Source: Nitrososphaeraceae archaeon
Lineage (GTDB): Archaea; Thermoproteota; Nitrososphaeria; Nitrososphaerales; Nitrososphaeraceae
NCBI GenBank assembly: GCA_044870765.1
Contig: JBIOZG010000024.1
Location: forward strand, 1 to 64,000
Length of the DNA stretch: 64,000 nt
Direction: 5' to 3'
In this document: positions 30,719 through 41,077 of the stretch, one piece after another
How positions within the stretch are numbered: position 1 is the stretch's first letter
Layout of the letters: every line of letters begins with the position of its first letter
Notes under the pieces: generated by a model
The model's database searches: none
The model's input: only the letters and a program-made list of their open reading frames with translations
What the model was told of the DNA's origin: nothing
Made by a program: the position numbers and the translations under genes

Positions 30719-31024
30719 TGTATATCTCTATGTCTGTCAACACCTGAAATACTTTATAGATTTAGCCATTGAGCACGATAGTGTGTTCTCATAGAGCCAA
30801 GATCGTAAAATCAAAGCAATATATCAATTCCAAATTTTTTCATTAGAAAGATATCTCAGATTATACTTAACTAACTATTTATAAAATTCAATTTTAGCTT
30901 GCCACATTTTTGAAAGTATTTAAAAATTGGCGTATAACCGTCTACGAATCGATCCATTCGTCGCTAGAATTAAAAACTAGACAATATAACATGCAATTAA
31001 GACATTATATAGTAGGTAATCATC

Positions 31025-32506
31025 TCAGGTTACGTCATGATGAGGAGGCAATTCAACCGGATCTCCTCTTACATCAAAAAGTCCCATCCAGCCTAAATCC
31101 GTGAAGTCTGTCTGGTGTGCGTGAAACATATAAGTTCCTGGATATTGATATGTGAACTCCATAATGCCTCTGTCTCCCTGTGACATGGTTACAATGTCTG
31201 TGTTATAATCGGGGGTTTCATCAGTACCAGCAGTATAATAATTAAACATGGCTCCATGTATGTGGAATGAGTTGACCAGGTCAAATTCTAGCATATTGAC
31301 AACATAGACACGATAGGGCTTGCCTGTTTGCAATACTATTGGATTCATCATATATTCAAATGCCTTCCCATTTACTGTGTAGATTTCGTTTCCCCGTGGT
31401 TCCTCAGTATCTAATTTTGGAACATCCCCAGCACTAGCTTCACCACTTTCATCACCTGTATGGTCCATCGTTGTTGAAATTTGAGTTAGGTTGGTTTCAG
31501 TGCTAGTCTCGTTACTATCTGTACCTCCAGTCATATTGGTAACGGCATCAGTTTGATTACTGACAGTGCTATTAGTCATGGTCATGTTCTCCCCAGTAGT
31601 ATCGCCTTGCTCAGTTGTTTGAAATAGGGCGGCTGGAGGTAATTTAACTGGTCCCTCCTCATCAAGATCCAGGTCATAACCATTAAGGAGCATTGCCATC
31701 TCCGTCATTTGAGGACGTGGTTCTTTAGGATCTATAATCATCATTCCATATAGTCCCCTGTTAATATGATCGGCTATTGGGTCTACATGACAATGATATG
31801 GATATACTCCATAGGGTTGGGCAACAAATTCATAGGTGAAACTCCTACCTGGTGAAATGGCGCCTCCTGGATATCCACCCATTGAAACACCATCGTTCTT
31901 GGCGTAATGAATAGAATGAGTATGAAATGAGTGTGGGTTTTCATTCTCATTACTATTAATAACTCTAATTCGAACCAGATCACCCTCTGTAACTCTTATA
32001 GTAGGCCCAGGTATAGTGCCATTAAATGTCCAAGCGTCAAAGACATGCCCTTCATATGAAATAGGTATTTTTTGGTTTTCTTCAACGATAATTGTGAATT
32101 GTCGAACAGTCCTGCCAGTTTCGTCCTTTGTTACATGACCGCAATTAAAGTAGGTAAGATATTCTACTGGAGTTGGCTTCTTGCTAAGTTCTGTAGTGCA
32201 ATTCTTAATTTTATCGTATTGCGCCTGAGAAATGTGGTTTGCTGGAACCTGGCCAAAAACAGGAAGTGTTAAAATAGGAAAACTGAAAGAAGAAAAAATC
32301 AAAATACTTGACAAAACTGATGCAAAAAAATACGCATTTGGCCTAAACACGTTTAACAAAGATGTATTCTTTGATATAAAAACGTTAATTATTTTCAAAT
32401 TTCTACGACTGCAGTAAACAGATCGATAATGAATTTCATTTTTTGTTCCCCAATGTAAGGATTTTGAATAATTAAACTTGCAATAAAAGAAAATCCTATT
32501 TCCCAA
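31025..32506 (-). CDS. Two-domain multicopper oxidase; true start probably ~32350-32359
   Basis: HSFHTH, YHCHVDPIADHINRGL (type-1 site in domain 1), SFHIHG, FHAH; signal/TM segment. Confidence 0.92.
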   Translation of the reverse strand: MGNRIFFYCKFNYSKSLHWGTKNEIHYRSVYCSRRNLKIINVFISKNTSLLNVFRPNAYFFASVLSSILIFSSFSFPILTLPVFGQVPANHISQAQYDKIKNCTTELSKKPTPVEYLTYFNCGHVTKDETGRTVRQFTIIVEENQKIPISYEGHVFDAWTFNGTIPGPTIRVTEGDLVRIRVINSNENENPHSFHTHSIHYAKNDGVSMGGYPGGAISPGRSFTYEFVAQPYGVYPYHCHVDPIADHINRGLYGMMIIDPKEPRPQMTEMAMLLNGYDLDLDEEGPVKLPPAALFQTTEQGDTTGENMTMTNSTVSNQTDAVTNMTGGTDSNETSTETNLTQISTTMDHTGDESGEASAGDVPKLDTEEPRGNEIYTVNGKAFEYMMNPIVLQTGKPYRVYVVNMLEFDLVNSFHIHGAMFNYYTAGTDETPDYNTDIVTMSQGDRGIMEFTYQYPGTYMFHAHQTDFTDLGWMGLFDVRGDPVELPPHHDVT

Positions 32507-32784
32507 TAGACCTAAAAATAGGAGTTGCTCTATGAACTATTATTTTGAATATTTTATTTGGAATATTTTAAGTTTGAAACAACGAGTAGTCTAGGAAAAA
32601 AGTTTTGCATATCATGCGGTGTAACACCAATGCCTTTATTTGAGATTTGAAAAACAAAAAAAGGCTCCTAAATTCGTATTAACTCAAAGAAAATAGCGAA
32701 TCAGATATCAGTAAAAGATGCTATAACATGATTCAGAAATATCTTACCTAGCTCTTAAAAGATATAATCCTATAATCAAATCCA

Positions 32785-33225
32785 ATGGAAAAGTCAAATG
32801 GAACAAAGATAATGGGAATTCTGTTAGTTTTTGGTTTAGTAGTTTATTCAATTTACTTTGGTCAGATATCATTTGCAGAAGGGGTCGAATTAAAGACAGT
32901 AGGAAAGGGCGCTATTTCCTGTGGAAATGGTGAGGAAGTCAAAGGAGTCAGAATAAATTTCTTTGTGTCCTATGATGAAGAAACGCCTTTTGCAGAATGG
33001 AATATGGACCACAAGGAACTGGGTTCTGCAGGAGGAATGATTACTAACGTAAAGACATCGTCAGATAGTTTTGTCTTAAAGGGCTTTGAAGCATTTGACA
33101 GTATTTGTGATGTTGAAACACCTTCAGATGTAAAACTTTCAGGAAATTGTGGGGAAGGAACAGTTAGGCTTGTATCCGATAATGGAAACAAGGGGACATT
33201 TGCATCTAATGTAAAATGTGGCTAG
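32785..33225 (+). CDS. Secreted hypothetical protein with four Cys
   Basis: Signal peptide; beta-rich mature part with paired Cys. Confidence 0.75.
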   Translation: MEKSNGTKIMGILLVFGLVVYSIYFGQISFAEGVELKTVGKGAISCGNGEEVKGVRINFFVSYDEETPFAEWNMDHKELGSAGGMITNVKTSSDSFVLKGFEAFDSICDVETPSDVKLSGNCGEGTVRLVSDNGNKGTFASNVKCG

Positions 33226-33350
33226 AGATTCCTAAAAAATGATAATGATAATGAAATATTGAAGAAACACCACTTACGTTATTTGGCAGAATTTCCTTGA
33301 TGTGATAGTTAATTTTAAAAAGATTATAAATAGAACAGTATTAAACTAGA

Positions 33351-33551
33351 TTGAGCTTGAATGCGTCTTTAAAAAAATGGTTGCCTATGATCGGTATACC
33401 TGCTGCGATCCCAATCATCACTAGTCTTATTTTAGGCCTTCCCATAACATTAGCTCTCGTGACCTCAGGTTTTATTATCCTGCTAGTTGTAAGTGGGTTT
33501 ATGTTTAGATCTTATGGACGTGAAAGAAAGCCTGATTTTCAAAATCCATAG
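33351..33551 (+). CDS. Small two-TM membrane protein
   Basis: Hydrophobic hairpin; TATA-like ttataaat ~25 nt upstream. Confidence 0.65.
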   Translation: MSLNASLKKWLPMIGIPAAIPIITSLILGLPITLALVTSGFIILLVVSGFMFRSYGRERKPDFQNP

Positions 33552-33557
33552 CGCTAG

Positions 33558-33962
33558 TCAGAATCTGGTTCCATCATCAGTCAGTTTTTCAATTGGAGAT
33601 ATACTAACGACTTTTTCGTCCAAGATGCTGAGCATCATGTTGTAATACTGCAAAAATGAACGACCCTTTTCAGTTGCGCGATAAGTTAGTACGCCGTCAT
33701 CGAGATTTTGAATAATTAACTCCTTTTCCAAAAGTTCGTACAAATATCTGTTGATTTGTTCATAACTCAAATTTCCCTTGTACATAATGTGAGTCTTTCT
33801 TATGCCCGCCTTACACAAGTCTACGATGTCCGCCATTATCTGAATTTTTCCCCTATTATTTTCACTTTTGCATATTGTTTTGCTCATTGGATCATTATGA
33901 AGAATCATGAGTAAATAAGGGGAACCCTGAAATTCCCTGCTGGAACGGTCGTTCCAACTCAT
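33558..33962 (-). CDS. Winged-helix transcription regulator; likely start at MSKT (~33886)
   Basis: R.KIQI.ADI, KTHIMYK.NLSY, Y..TEKG..FL. Confidence 0.88.
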   Translation of the reverse strand: MSWNDRSSREFQGSPYLLMILHNDPMSKTICKSENNRGKIQIMADIVDLCKAGIRKTHIMYKGNLSYEQINRYLYELLEKELIIQNLDDGVLTYRATEKGRSFLQYYNMMLSILDEKVVSISPIEKLTDDGTRF

Positions 33963-34091
33963 GAAAAACTAAGATATTAAACTGGAGAGATCTGAATTTG
34001 ATTTTCTTTTGAATCTCGGCCAAACCCCATGGTGAAAGAGGCCAAAAAAGAATCCCTATAATAATACGATGATTCATTAAAAATTCAATTC

Positions 34092-35147
34092 ATGAAGAAG
34101 CCAGTAAAAACTGAAGTATTAAGAATTAATTCTCAGAGACCTAATGACAGTATTATTGCAAGAGCATCCAAATTAATTAGTAGTGGAGAAATTGTCGCAT
34201 TCCCAACCGAAACTGTATATGGATTGGGAGCAAACGCCCTAGATCCTTCGGCGATTTCAAAAATATATCAAATGAAAGGCAGGCCTTCTGATAATCCATT
34301 AATCGTCCATATAGCAGAAATGGAAACGCTGAGTAGATTGGTAAATGAAATATCCCCAAGAGACATGATAATTATCAAAAAATTTTGGCCTGGTCCGATC
34401 ACTCTTGTTTTAAAAAAATCAAAAATTGTGCCTAAAATTACTACCGGAGGTCTCAGTACAATAGCTGTACGAATGCCTCGAAATAAAATTGCTCTCGCAC
34501 TCATAAAAAGGTCTGGCTTTCCCATTGCTGCTCCATCTGCAAACATCTCAGGAAGACCAAGTCCCACCAATGCTAGTCATGTGAAAGACGACCTTGATGG
34601 AAAAGTAAAATTGATTTTAGATGGCGGTAGCACTGAAATTGGAATTGAATCTACTGTAATTGACATGACACTACGTACTCCAGTAATTTTGCGTCCTGGC
34701 GGAATTTCAAAGGAGTCGATCGAAGACGAAATTGGCGAGGTTCATTTTCACCATTCACTCCTAGGCCTTCGCAGAAGAACAAAAAAGATTAACAAATCAC
34801 CGGGTATGAAATACAGACATTATAGCCCCAATGCTCGTGTAGTAATTGTGGAAGGTTCTAGAATACGTGCAAAGGCAAAGATCATTGAACTGACTGAAAA
34901 ATTAAAGCGTGAAGGAAAGAAAGTTTCTATCATGACTGCCAGCAAGTCACTGAAGCCAAATGCAGATACTGTTCAGTACATGGGAAACACTTTGGATACG
35001 ATTGCCAGGAACCTGTTTGCAAATCTTCGCAAAGCTGATAGCGATCACATCGACGTCATAGTAATCCAAGGAATTAATTACAATAATACGGGCTTTGCGA
35101 TTATGAATAGGTTAAAGAAAGCAGCTGCTGAAACAATAAAAGTGTGA
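34092..35147 (+). CDS. sua5: Threonylcarbamoyl-AMP synthase Sua5
   Basis: AFPTETVYGLG, KGRPSDNPLIVH, AAPSAN.SG, SPGMKYRHYSP. Confidence 0.97.
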   Translation: MKKPVKTEVLRINSQRPNDSIIARASKLISSGEIVAFPTETVYGLGANALDPSAISKIYQMKGRPSDNPLIVHIAEMETLSRLVNEISPRDMIIIKKFWPGPITLVLKKSKIVPKITTGGLSTIAVRMPRNKIALALIKRSGFPIAAPSANISGRPSPTNASHVKDDLDGKVKLILDGGSTEIGIESTVIDMTLRTPVILRPGGISKESIEDEIGEVHFHHSLLGLRRRTKKINKSPGMKYRHYSPNARVVIVEGSRIRAKAKIIELTEKLKREGKKVSIMTASKSLKPNADTVQYMGNTLDTIARNLFANLRKADSDHIDVIVIQGINYNNTGFAIMNRLKKAAAETIKV

Positions 35148-35164
35148 TTCGGATATCATCGTAA

Positions 35165-35887
35165 CTATTTGATTTTTGACGAGGATGTTATGTACTTGAT
35201 TAATTCAATATCCCGAAGATAAGATCCGATTTTCTTAGAATTACGTTTATCCATAAAAGGAATAACCGATAGTGTCTTTGTCTTGGTTAATCTTTCGATA
35301 TAAAAGGGCGTCATAGATTCTACGATATTAGGACGAATTGGCATCTGATTAAAAATTATTCCTACAATAGGGACCTTAAATTCTCTGCAGGCATTTATGG
35401 TCATAACTGTATGATTAATAGAACCAAGTTTAGGTCGTGACACAATAATAACTGGGAGGTTCATTTTGCGTACAATGTGCAATAATGATACTTTATCCGT
35501 TATAGGAACCATGACTCCCCCAATTCCTTCAACTACAATAAAGTCGTATTTTTTTTTAAGAAACATAAATTTTTCAATTACCTTTTTTAGATTTATTGGC
35601 TTGTGAGAAATCTCAGCTGCCATTAAGGGGGAAGCAGCCAGTGGAAAGAACACTGGATTTAGTGTTTCGTCTAGATCTCCAACACCCGCAGCTTTGGCTA
35701 GTTTGGCAGTATCTTGTGATTTGTAATCCTTCGAATAGATTTTAGATGAAGTCGCAAATGGTTTCATTACTCCTACCTTTATTTCGTTTCTTCGAAGAAC
35801 CCAAGCAAAGCCACATGCTATTTCCGTCTTTCCGATTTCAGTATCAATGCCTGTAATGAATACTCCTCGCAGTTTTCCGTGTGACAT
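35165..35887 (-). CDS. bioD: Dethiobiotin synthase
   Basis: TGIDTEIGKT, MKP, VEGIGG, LGSINHT. Confidence 0.95.
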   Translation of the reverse strand: MSHGKLRGVFITGIDTEIGKTEIACGFAWVLRRNEIKVGVMKPFATSSKIYSKDYKSQDTAKLAKAAGVGDLDETLNPVFFPLAASPLMAAEISHKPINLKKVIEKFMFLKKKYDFIVVEGIGGVMVPITDKVSLLHIVRKMNLPVIIVSRPKLGSINHTVMTINACREFKVPIVGIIFNQMPIRPNIVESMTPFYIERLTKTKTLSVIPFMDKRNSKKIGSYLRDIELIKYITSSSKIK

Positions 35888-36061
35888 TTGTTAAGACCTT
35901 TTTGTATAAACCTAAATCTTGTATTATATAGATTTCTTGGCTAACTTTTGCGGTATTATATAGCGTTGATTTGATGAAGGTTTGAATATTTCAGACAAGG
36001 GATCTATGTCAAGTGATACATTATTCTGCCTAAAGTAAAATTAAAATGCAATTGAGAACCA

Positions 36062-36577
36062 TTGTTCCTCAATTTGGATACAAAAAACAAAATATTGATT
36101 GTTGCTTTTCAACTCGCAATATTATCCTTATCATCTTTTCAATTAAATGCCACTGGGTTGCAAAATAATACCAATATAGGTGGGGATAATTCGGACTTTT
36201 TTCCAAATTATGAAAAAAAATCAGTTTTAATTAATGGATTCAAAGTCTTATTGGCCGTAGCACCTAACGACGAACTTAGAATCAAGGGTCTTTCTGGATC
36301 CGAAAAGCTGAATGAGAATGAGGGAATGTTATTTTTGTTCGACAAACCGTCAAAACAAGGCTTTTGGATGAATGAAATGAAATATCCAATTGACATCCTC
36401 TGGTTGGATTCGAATAGTAGTGTGATTTATATTGAAAAAAATTTGGAACCATGTAAGATATTTCTTGCCTGTCCGGTCTATAATCCGCAGGCAGATTCAT
36501 TATATGTAATAGAACTAAGAGCAGGATTTGTTGACCGTCATTCAATTAGGAATGGTACGATTATTGATTTGAATTAA
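36062..36577 (+). CDS. DUF192 family protein
   Basis: GL...GMLFLF....FWM..M.YPID, YVIEL.AG. Confidence 0.9.
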   Translation: MFLNLDTKNKILIVAFQLAILSLSSFQLNATGLQNNTNIGGDNSDFFPNYEKKSVLINGFKVLLAVAPNDELRIKGLSGSEKLNENEGMLFLFDKPSKQGFWMNEMKYPIDILWLDSNSSVIYIEKNLEPCKIFLACPVYNPQADSLYVIELRAGFVDRHSIRNGTIIDLN

Positions 36578-36637
36578 TATGGCCAAATTAAGATGTAATT
36601 ATGATAATTAAAATTGAACGATATTTAACATAAAATT

Positions 36638-36997
36638 ATGGGAGAAAATGACATCCTCATAAATTTTGACAAGACGGAAGTTAGACCTAAAGAGGAGATC
36701 AATGGAGTCATAAAAATTAATTACTTGGGCCGATTTGACAGCATCGTGATAAATTCACAGATAGAAAATACAAATGATATTTTTACGTTCATAAAACTAA
36801 ATGACAAAAAAATCAATTACTCATATGCAAGGATGCCTGTATTAAGACAGGATTTAAAAGATGCAAGCGAAATAAGATTTGTTGTAACAACTGATCATGT
36901 TCCACAAGTAACTTCAAATGTCAAGTTCAGAGCTTCCATAATACAAGAACATAAAGAAGTTGCAAATCATGTTGCATTCCTCAAGATAGTACCATGA
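36638..36997 (+). CDS. Hypothetical beta-rich protein
   Basis: 119-aa ORF in core-gene context. Confidence 0.75.
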   Translation: MGENDILINFDKTEVRPKEEINGVIKINYLGRFDSIVINSQIENTNDIFTFIKLNDKKINYSYARMPVLRQDLKDASEIRFVVTTDHVPQVTSNVKFRASIIQEHKEVANHVAFLKIVP

Positions 36998-37097
36998 GGA
37001 AATATCAATTTCGACTAGTTTTTAGAGTGATGAGATTGTATAGTGCCGCATTATCATAACAAGCAACAATCAAAATAATGTAATAAATGAGGAGAGG

Positions 37098-37559
37098 TCA
37101 GACGAAACTCTTTACTATTACGACTTTACCTGTCATCCATGGATGAGGTTCGCAGTGATAAGCATATTCACCATCTTTAGTAAACGTGAATTCAAAAGTT
37201 TTTTGAGGCGGTATTAAACCAATGGTGTCTATTGAATTAAACGGGCCGTTTATCTGATCCGTATATTGCGTGTCAGTAGTAACAGTATGGGCTGTAGTAT
37301 CAAGGTTAGTCCAAATCACCTTATTATTGATTCCCAGGGTACCCCTTGCTTCTTTGGGCTCAAAGTTTTTCTGCTGGGACTGCTGTGATGAACCTTCTAT
37401 GATAGACACTTTGACATTATCTGGAGGATTCAGAACCTCTTCAGCTAATTGCGGTTTTGCATTTGCTTCTTTAGTATAAACAAATTGATAGTAAGCCATG
37501 CTTGCGGCCACAGCAATAATAAATGCAATGATACTGATCCCTGCAGCACTATTATTCAT
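37098..37559 (-). CDS. Membrane-anchored plastocyanin-like blue copper protein (complex III acceptor)
   Basis: N-terminal TM, HTVT, YHCEPHPWM; directly downstream of petB. Confidence 0.92.
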   Translation of the reverse strand: MNNSAAGISIIAFIIAVAASMAYYQFVYTKEANAKPQLAEEVLNPPDNVKVSIIEGSSQQSQQKNFEPKEARGTLGINNKVIWTNLDTTAHTVTTDTQYTDQINGPFNSIDTIGLIPPQKTFEFTFTKDGEYAYHCEPHPWMTGKVVIVKSFV

Positions 37560-37675
37560 TTATCATCTGGTTAAAATTCACGAATATATATAATATTAAG
37601 ATTAGTCACCCTCAGCATTGTCTTTTATCAGACTTTAATATGACAGATAAATCGTACAAACCGTTAAGGAAAAAT

Positions 37676-39286
37676 CTATTTTTTTTCATCTGAAATTAAT
37701 TTATGCTCGCCAGTGTCTAATGTGGCAGAGTCTGCTTTGTTCATAGATTGACTCGATTGGGAGGAGGATGATCCTGACTTTGTGGAAGCCAAAGTTTTTT
37801 GTTTTGCTGCAACGTCTTCAAGTATTTTTGTGCCGTCGGTAATCTGCCCTGTTTGAGCCTTACCAGTTTTTGTAAGTGAAGGAGCCTTCGCTTTCATTGG
37901 CATAGGTGGCATTGTGGGCTTTGGTGTCGGGGCTTTTTGCAACGATCTTGCGTGTCTAAACACATGGAACATACCAGCGAATACAAGCATCATAATGCCT
38001 ACTATAAAGAGCGAATAGTTTTTCATTCCGTTAAGTACTGCGTAATAAGCTGCAATATTGAGATAAACCTGGAATGCCAGGAGAGCAATAAATATACCAT
38101 ATATCCATTTTTCGGTTAGGTTTATCGAGCTTTTTCCTGTCGGCTTTTTGGGTTGAATCTTTGCATTTGCTTCCGCATTTTTGGCTAGTTTTATCATCAT
38201 ATAGGTGAAACCAAATGATAATGGAACTAGCAAAATCATAACAAGATAGAGAAAAATGGGATCAATCACAAGTCTTTCCAATAACGACTTGGTCCTATCT
38301 GGATCTATATAAAATCCCCAGTAAGTAGTGACTATAATCTGAGCCAGACTTGTAATACCTATCGCTGTTATTATTGGTCTATCCTTCCATGAAAATTTCT
38401 TGTATCGATCGATAAATGGTACTATGAGCAATGCAAAAATAAACAAGCCTGGCCAAGCCACACCGGTAGTAAATTTATCATACGCACTACGCAGGAATGC
38501 GTACAGTCCGGTCAAATACCATTCAGGTACAGTGATACCGGGTGGAACATTAGGATCGAACTTGAGTCCCATATCAACCGGAAATACTCCTCCTGTTAGC
38601 ATGATAGCACCAGTTATTGCCATTACCATAGGAACATCAAATACTAGGAATCTCGGGAAGTGTACAACCATTAGACCCAACATAACTATTGGTAGGAAGA
38701 AGACATGAAAAGCATAAAATCTCAAAACGAAATCATGGAAGCCGGCACCAAAGAATGCATCTCTCATCTGTGGTCCCATTATGGGGATTGAATTGGTAAG
38801 GGAAGCTGCGATTGAAATAGCTAATTCAGCTCTTTCGCTGAAAATAATATCGTAGCCAGTAAAAGCCTCCAGAATTGTAAGGACTCCCAATATGATTCCG
38901 GTGACCCACAGTATTTCGTTTCTAATCTTGTATCTACCGCTGAAATACTGGTAGTACATGTGAAGAAGAGCTACCATGACCATTGCGTTTGATGCATGAT
39001 AATGAATATTTCTTAAATGAAACCCGTAAGGGATGACATCGTTGATTGTCTTCACACTGTTCCATGCTCTGTCTAATATAGGTTCATAAAATAGCATGAG
39101 TAGTGCTCCAGTAATTCCGAGAATAATAAAAATCACAAATGTCAGCATCCCCAAAAATCCAAGTGGACTTACAAATCTGCTTGGAAATGTAAATTTCATT
39201 CCCATAAAGAGAGTTCTATCTACGCCAGCATATGTCCACCTGAGAAAACGAGTCAGGCTATTTTCTCTATGTAAGGAAACGCCCAT
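37676..39286 (-). CDS. petB: Cytochrome b (fused b6/subunit IV type) of complex III
   Basis: RNIHYH...LLH, FH....VVH heme ligands, PEWY. Confidence 0.96.
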   Translation of the reverse strand: MGVSLHRENSLTRFLRWTYAGVDRTLFMGMKFTFPSRFVSPLGFLGMLTFVIFIILGITGALLMLFYEPILDRAWNSVKTINDVIPYGFHLRNIHYHASNAMVMVALLHMYYQYFSGRYKIRNEILWVTGIILGVLTILEAFTGYDIIFSERAELAISIAASLTNSIPIMGPQMRDAFFGAGFHDFVLRFYAFHVFFLPIVMLGLMVVHFPRFLVFDVPMVMAITGAIMLTGGVFPVDMGLKFDPNVPPGITVPEWYLTGLYAFLRSAYDKFTTGVAWPGLFIFALLIVPFIDRYKKFSWKDRPIITAIGITSLAQIIVTTYWGFYIDPDRTKSLLERLVIDPIFLYLVMILLVPLSFGFTYMMIKLAKNAEANAKIQPKKPTGKSSINLTEKWIYGIFIALLAFQVYLNIAAYYAVLNGMKNYSLFIVGIMMLVFAGMFHVFRHARSLQKAPTPKPTMPPMPMKAKAPSLTKTGKAQTGQITDGTKILEDVAAKQKTLASTKSGSSSSQSSQSMNKADSATLDTGEHKLISDEKK

Positions 39287-39875
39287 ACCCCACTACCCCA
39301 TTTCCGTTAACACTCCAATTTGGAGGTTTAATCCATATGTTACCATCTGCAGAGATCTCTAGATCTAGTCTAGGTAATACGTTAGAAGGAGGAGCCTGCA
39401 GTGAAGCAGGCCCTGCAAATGCTTTACCAGTAAGAGGATCGTACATACTCCCATGACATGGACATTCACCCCTTTTTCTTCCGTCCTGTGGCCAATATTT
39501 CCACAGACACCAAAGATGAAGACAAACCATGCTATACATTCTGAAAGCAGCTACGTCATTCTTTTTCCCACCGAGTTCTTCAGGTAATCTGATAAACTGC
39601 CACGTTCGAAATGCTTCTTTATTTAAAACTGGATCATCAGATCTAGGATAAATTACAGCTTCTGAGTGATTAACTTGAAAAGAATTGACATTGGCTTGAG
39701 AACCATCCGGAAGTTCTACCTTTTGTCTCTCGTTTGACTGACCCGTTGGATTTGGCAGAAATTTTCCCCAGTCAACAAAGGTCGCAAATGTCATTACAGT
39801 ACCTGCAGCAGCCATGAGTTTTAAGAAGTCACGTCTTGATACCTTACCTCCACTTTTCGAAGGCTGCTGAGCCAT
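39267..39875 (-). CDS. petC: Rieske 2Fe-2S protein with a Tat signal
   Basis: SRRDFLK; CLHLWC and CPCHGS. Confidence 0.96.
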   Translation of the reverse strand: MAQQPSKSGGKVSRRDFLKLMAAAGTVMTFATFVDWGKFLPNPTGQSNERQKVELPDGSQANVNSFQVNHSEAVIYPRSDDPVLNKEAFRTWQFIRLPEELGGKKNDVAAFRMYSMVCLHLWCLWKYWPQDGRKRGECPCHGSMYDPLTGKAFAGPASLQAPPSNVLPRLDLEISADGNIWIKPPNWSVNGNGVVGYGRFLT

Positions 39876-39900
39876 ACAAATCTACAGACTCGAAATATAT

Positions 39901-39912
39901 CATATAAACTTT
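39901..39912 (-). promoter_or_regulatory. BRE/TATA-like promoter of petC
   Basis: Minus strand AAAGTTTATATG ~26-37 nt upstream of the ATG; similar spacing at amt and other genes. Confidence 0.55.
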
Positions 39913-40015
39913 TATTCAGTTACCATTGAACAATTTGTCAAAACTAAAATTATTTTTCATAATTGAAGATAATGAATCTATATTTAATCAAATCTAATGT
40001 TTTACAAATTTATCA

Positions 40016-40429
40016 TTACGAAGTTTCCAATTTTTTTAATTTCTTGTTAAATCTTTCCCTAAATTCAGGGACATTAATGACAGTTCTTTCGTGCAGTCCT
40101 TCGCCTATTTTTTCAATCTTATCAACCGCATCTACTTCAAAAGTTACTCGCCTGTCTTTCACATCGATTACTCTAGCTTTTAATTTAACTTCTGTCCCAA
40201 CCGGAGTTGGTTTCAAATGCCGGATATTGACCAAGGTACCTACAGAATCCCAGTCTTCATCTTGCAAAAATTCTTCTTTTAGCAACAACCTACACGTTTC
40301 TTCCATCTCTGCAATCATAGAGGGGGTTGAAAAAACATTCTCTCCGTCCCAAAGGAAGCTTGTAGTTTGTCCTGCACCAACTTTAATTTTCCTTTCTTTA
40401 GTAGTATCAGTTCGTATTTTTTTAATCAT
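40016..40429 (-). CDS. Hot-dog fold thioesterase (fluoroacetyl-CoA thioesterase FlK family)
   Basis: VFSTPSMIAEME, SVGT.VNIRHL.PTPVG, GEG.HER. Confidence 0.9.
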   Translation of the reverse strand: MIKKIRTDTTKERKIKVGAGQTTSFLWDGENVFSTPSMIAEMEETCRLLLKEEFLQDEDWDSVGTLVNIRHLKPTPVGTEVKLKARVIDVKDRRVTFEVDAVDKIEKIGEGLHERTVINVPEFRERFNKKLKKLETS

Positions 40430-40480
40430 AATGATAAGTCAACTTTGGTCTTAATAAAAAGAAAAAAAGTCGGTAAGATA

Positions 40481-40612
40481 CTACTTTGACCTTCGAACTG
40501 CTGATGCTATTGCATAACCTAGACCAACAGCCAATCCGAATGTGAGTGGTATCCATACTCCGAAACTTTCCCAATTTGCCGGTACTATTTGTAGAATTAC
40601 GCTTTCGAACAT
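40481..40612 (-). CDS. 43-aa single-TM small protein; not in the ORF track
   Basis: MFESVILQIVPANWESFGVWIPLTFGLAVGLGYAIASAVRRSK*. TATA-like GAAAATCTAATATA ~27-40 nt upstream; oligo-T tract after the stop. Confidence 0.7.
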   Translation of the reverse strand: MFESVILQIVPANWESFGVWIPLTFGLAVGLGYAIASAVRRSK

Positions 40613-40784
40613 TATTATTGTGGTATAAAAGTAATCAGTATATTAGATTTTCTCAAGCTAATAGGCATAGCTAAGATTCTCTTAGGTCAAAACCTGGAAT
40701 TTCCTTAAAAATGCATTCTTAGTGCCACGTGGATGAGTAGATGTACGTTTCCCTTAAATTACCCACAGGCTGCTATTTGAAAAT

Positions 40785-41063
40785 ATGAAGATGCAGAAAG
40801 AGTTGAAGAAATTCTGTCCAAAGTGCAAGAAGCATACAACTCAGTCTGTGGCTATTTATAAGAAGGGCAAGGATAGAAAAACGGCGATAGGGGCAAGGAG
40901 ACACGCAGAGGATAAGAAAGGATACGGTGGACAAAAATTTCCAGAACTCAAGAGAACTGCTAAGACGACAAAAAAGATTACTCTAAGATATACCTGTAAG
41001 AATTGTCATCGTAAAACTATGAAAGAAGGGATGCGTATGCGTAAATTGGAGATTCAACCTTAA
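40785..41063 (+). CDS. rpl44e: 50S ribosomal protein L44e
   Basis: CPKCKKHT, GYGGQKFP, KTTKK, C..C. Confidence 0.97.
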   Translation: MKMQKELKKFCPKCKKHTTQSVAIYKKGKDRKTAIGARRHAEDKKGYGGQKFPELKRTAKTTKKITLRYTCKNCHRKTMKEGMRMRKLEIQP

Positions 41064-41077
41064 TAAGGTGATATGAA

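Noticed and set aside
31025-32506. nirK call for the multicopper protein
   Set aside because: It has HxH motifs in both domains typical of trinuclear-site two-domain MCOs, not the NirK ligand pattern.
37098-39875. Complex III lacking cytochrome c1 as a novelty
   Set aside because: Replacement by a plastocyanin-like protein is already described for AOA.
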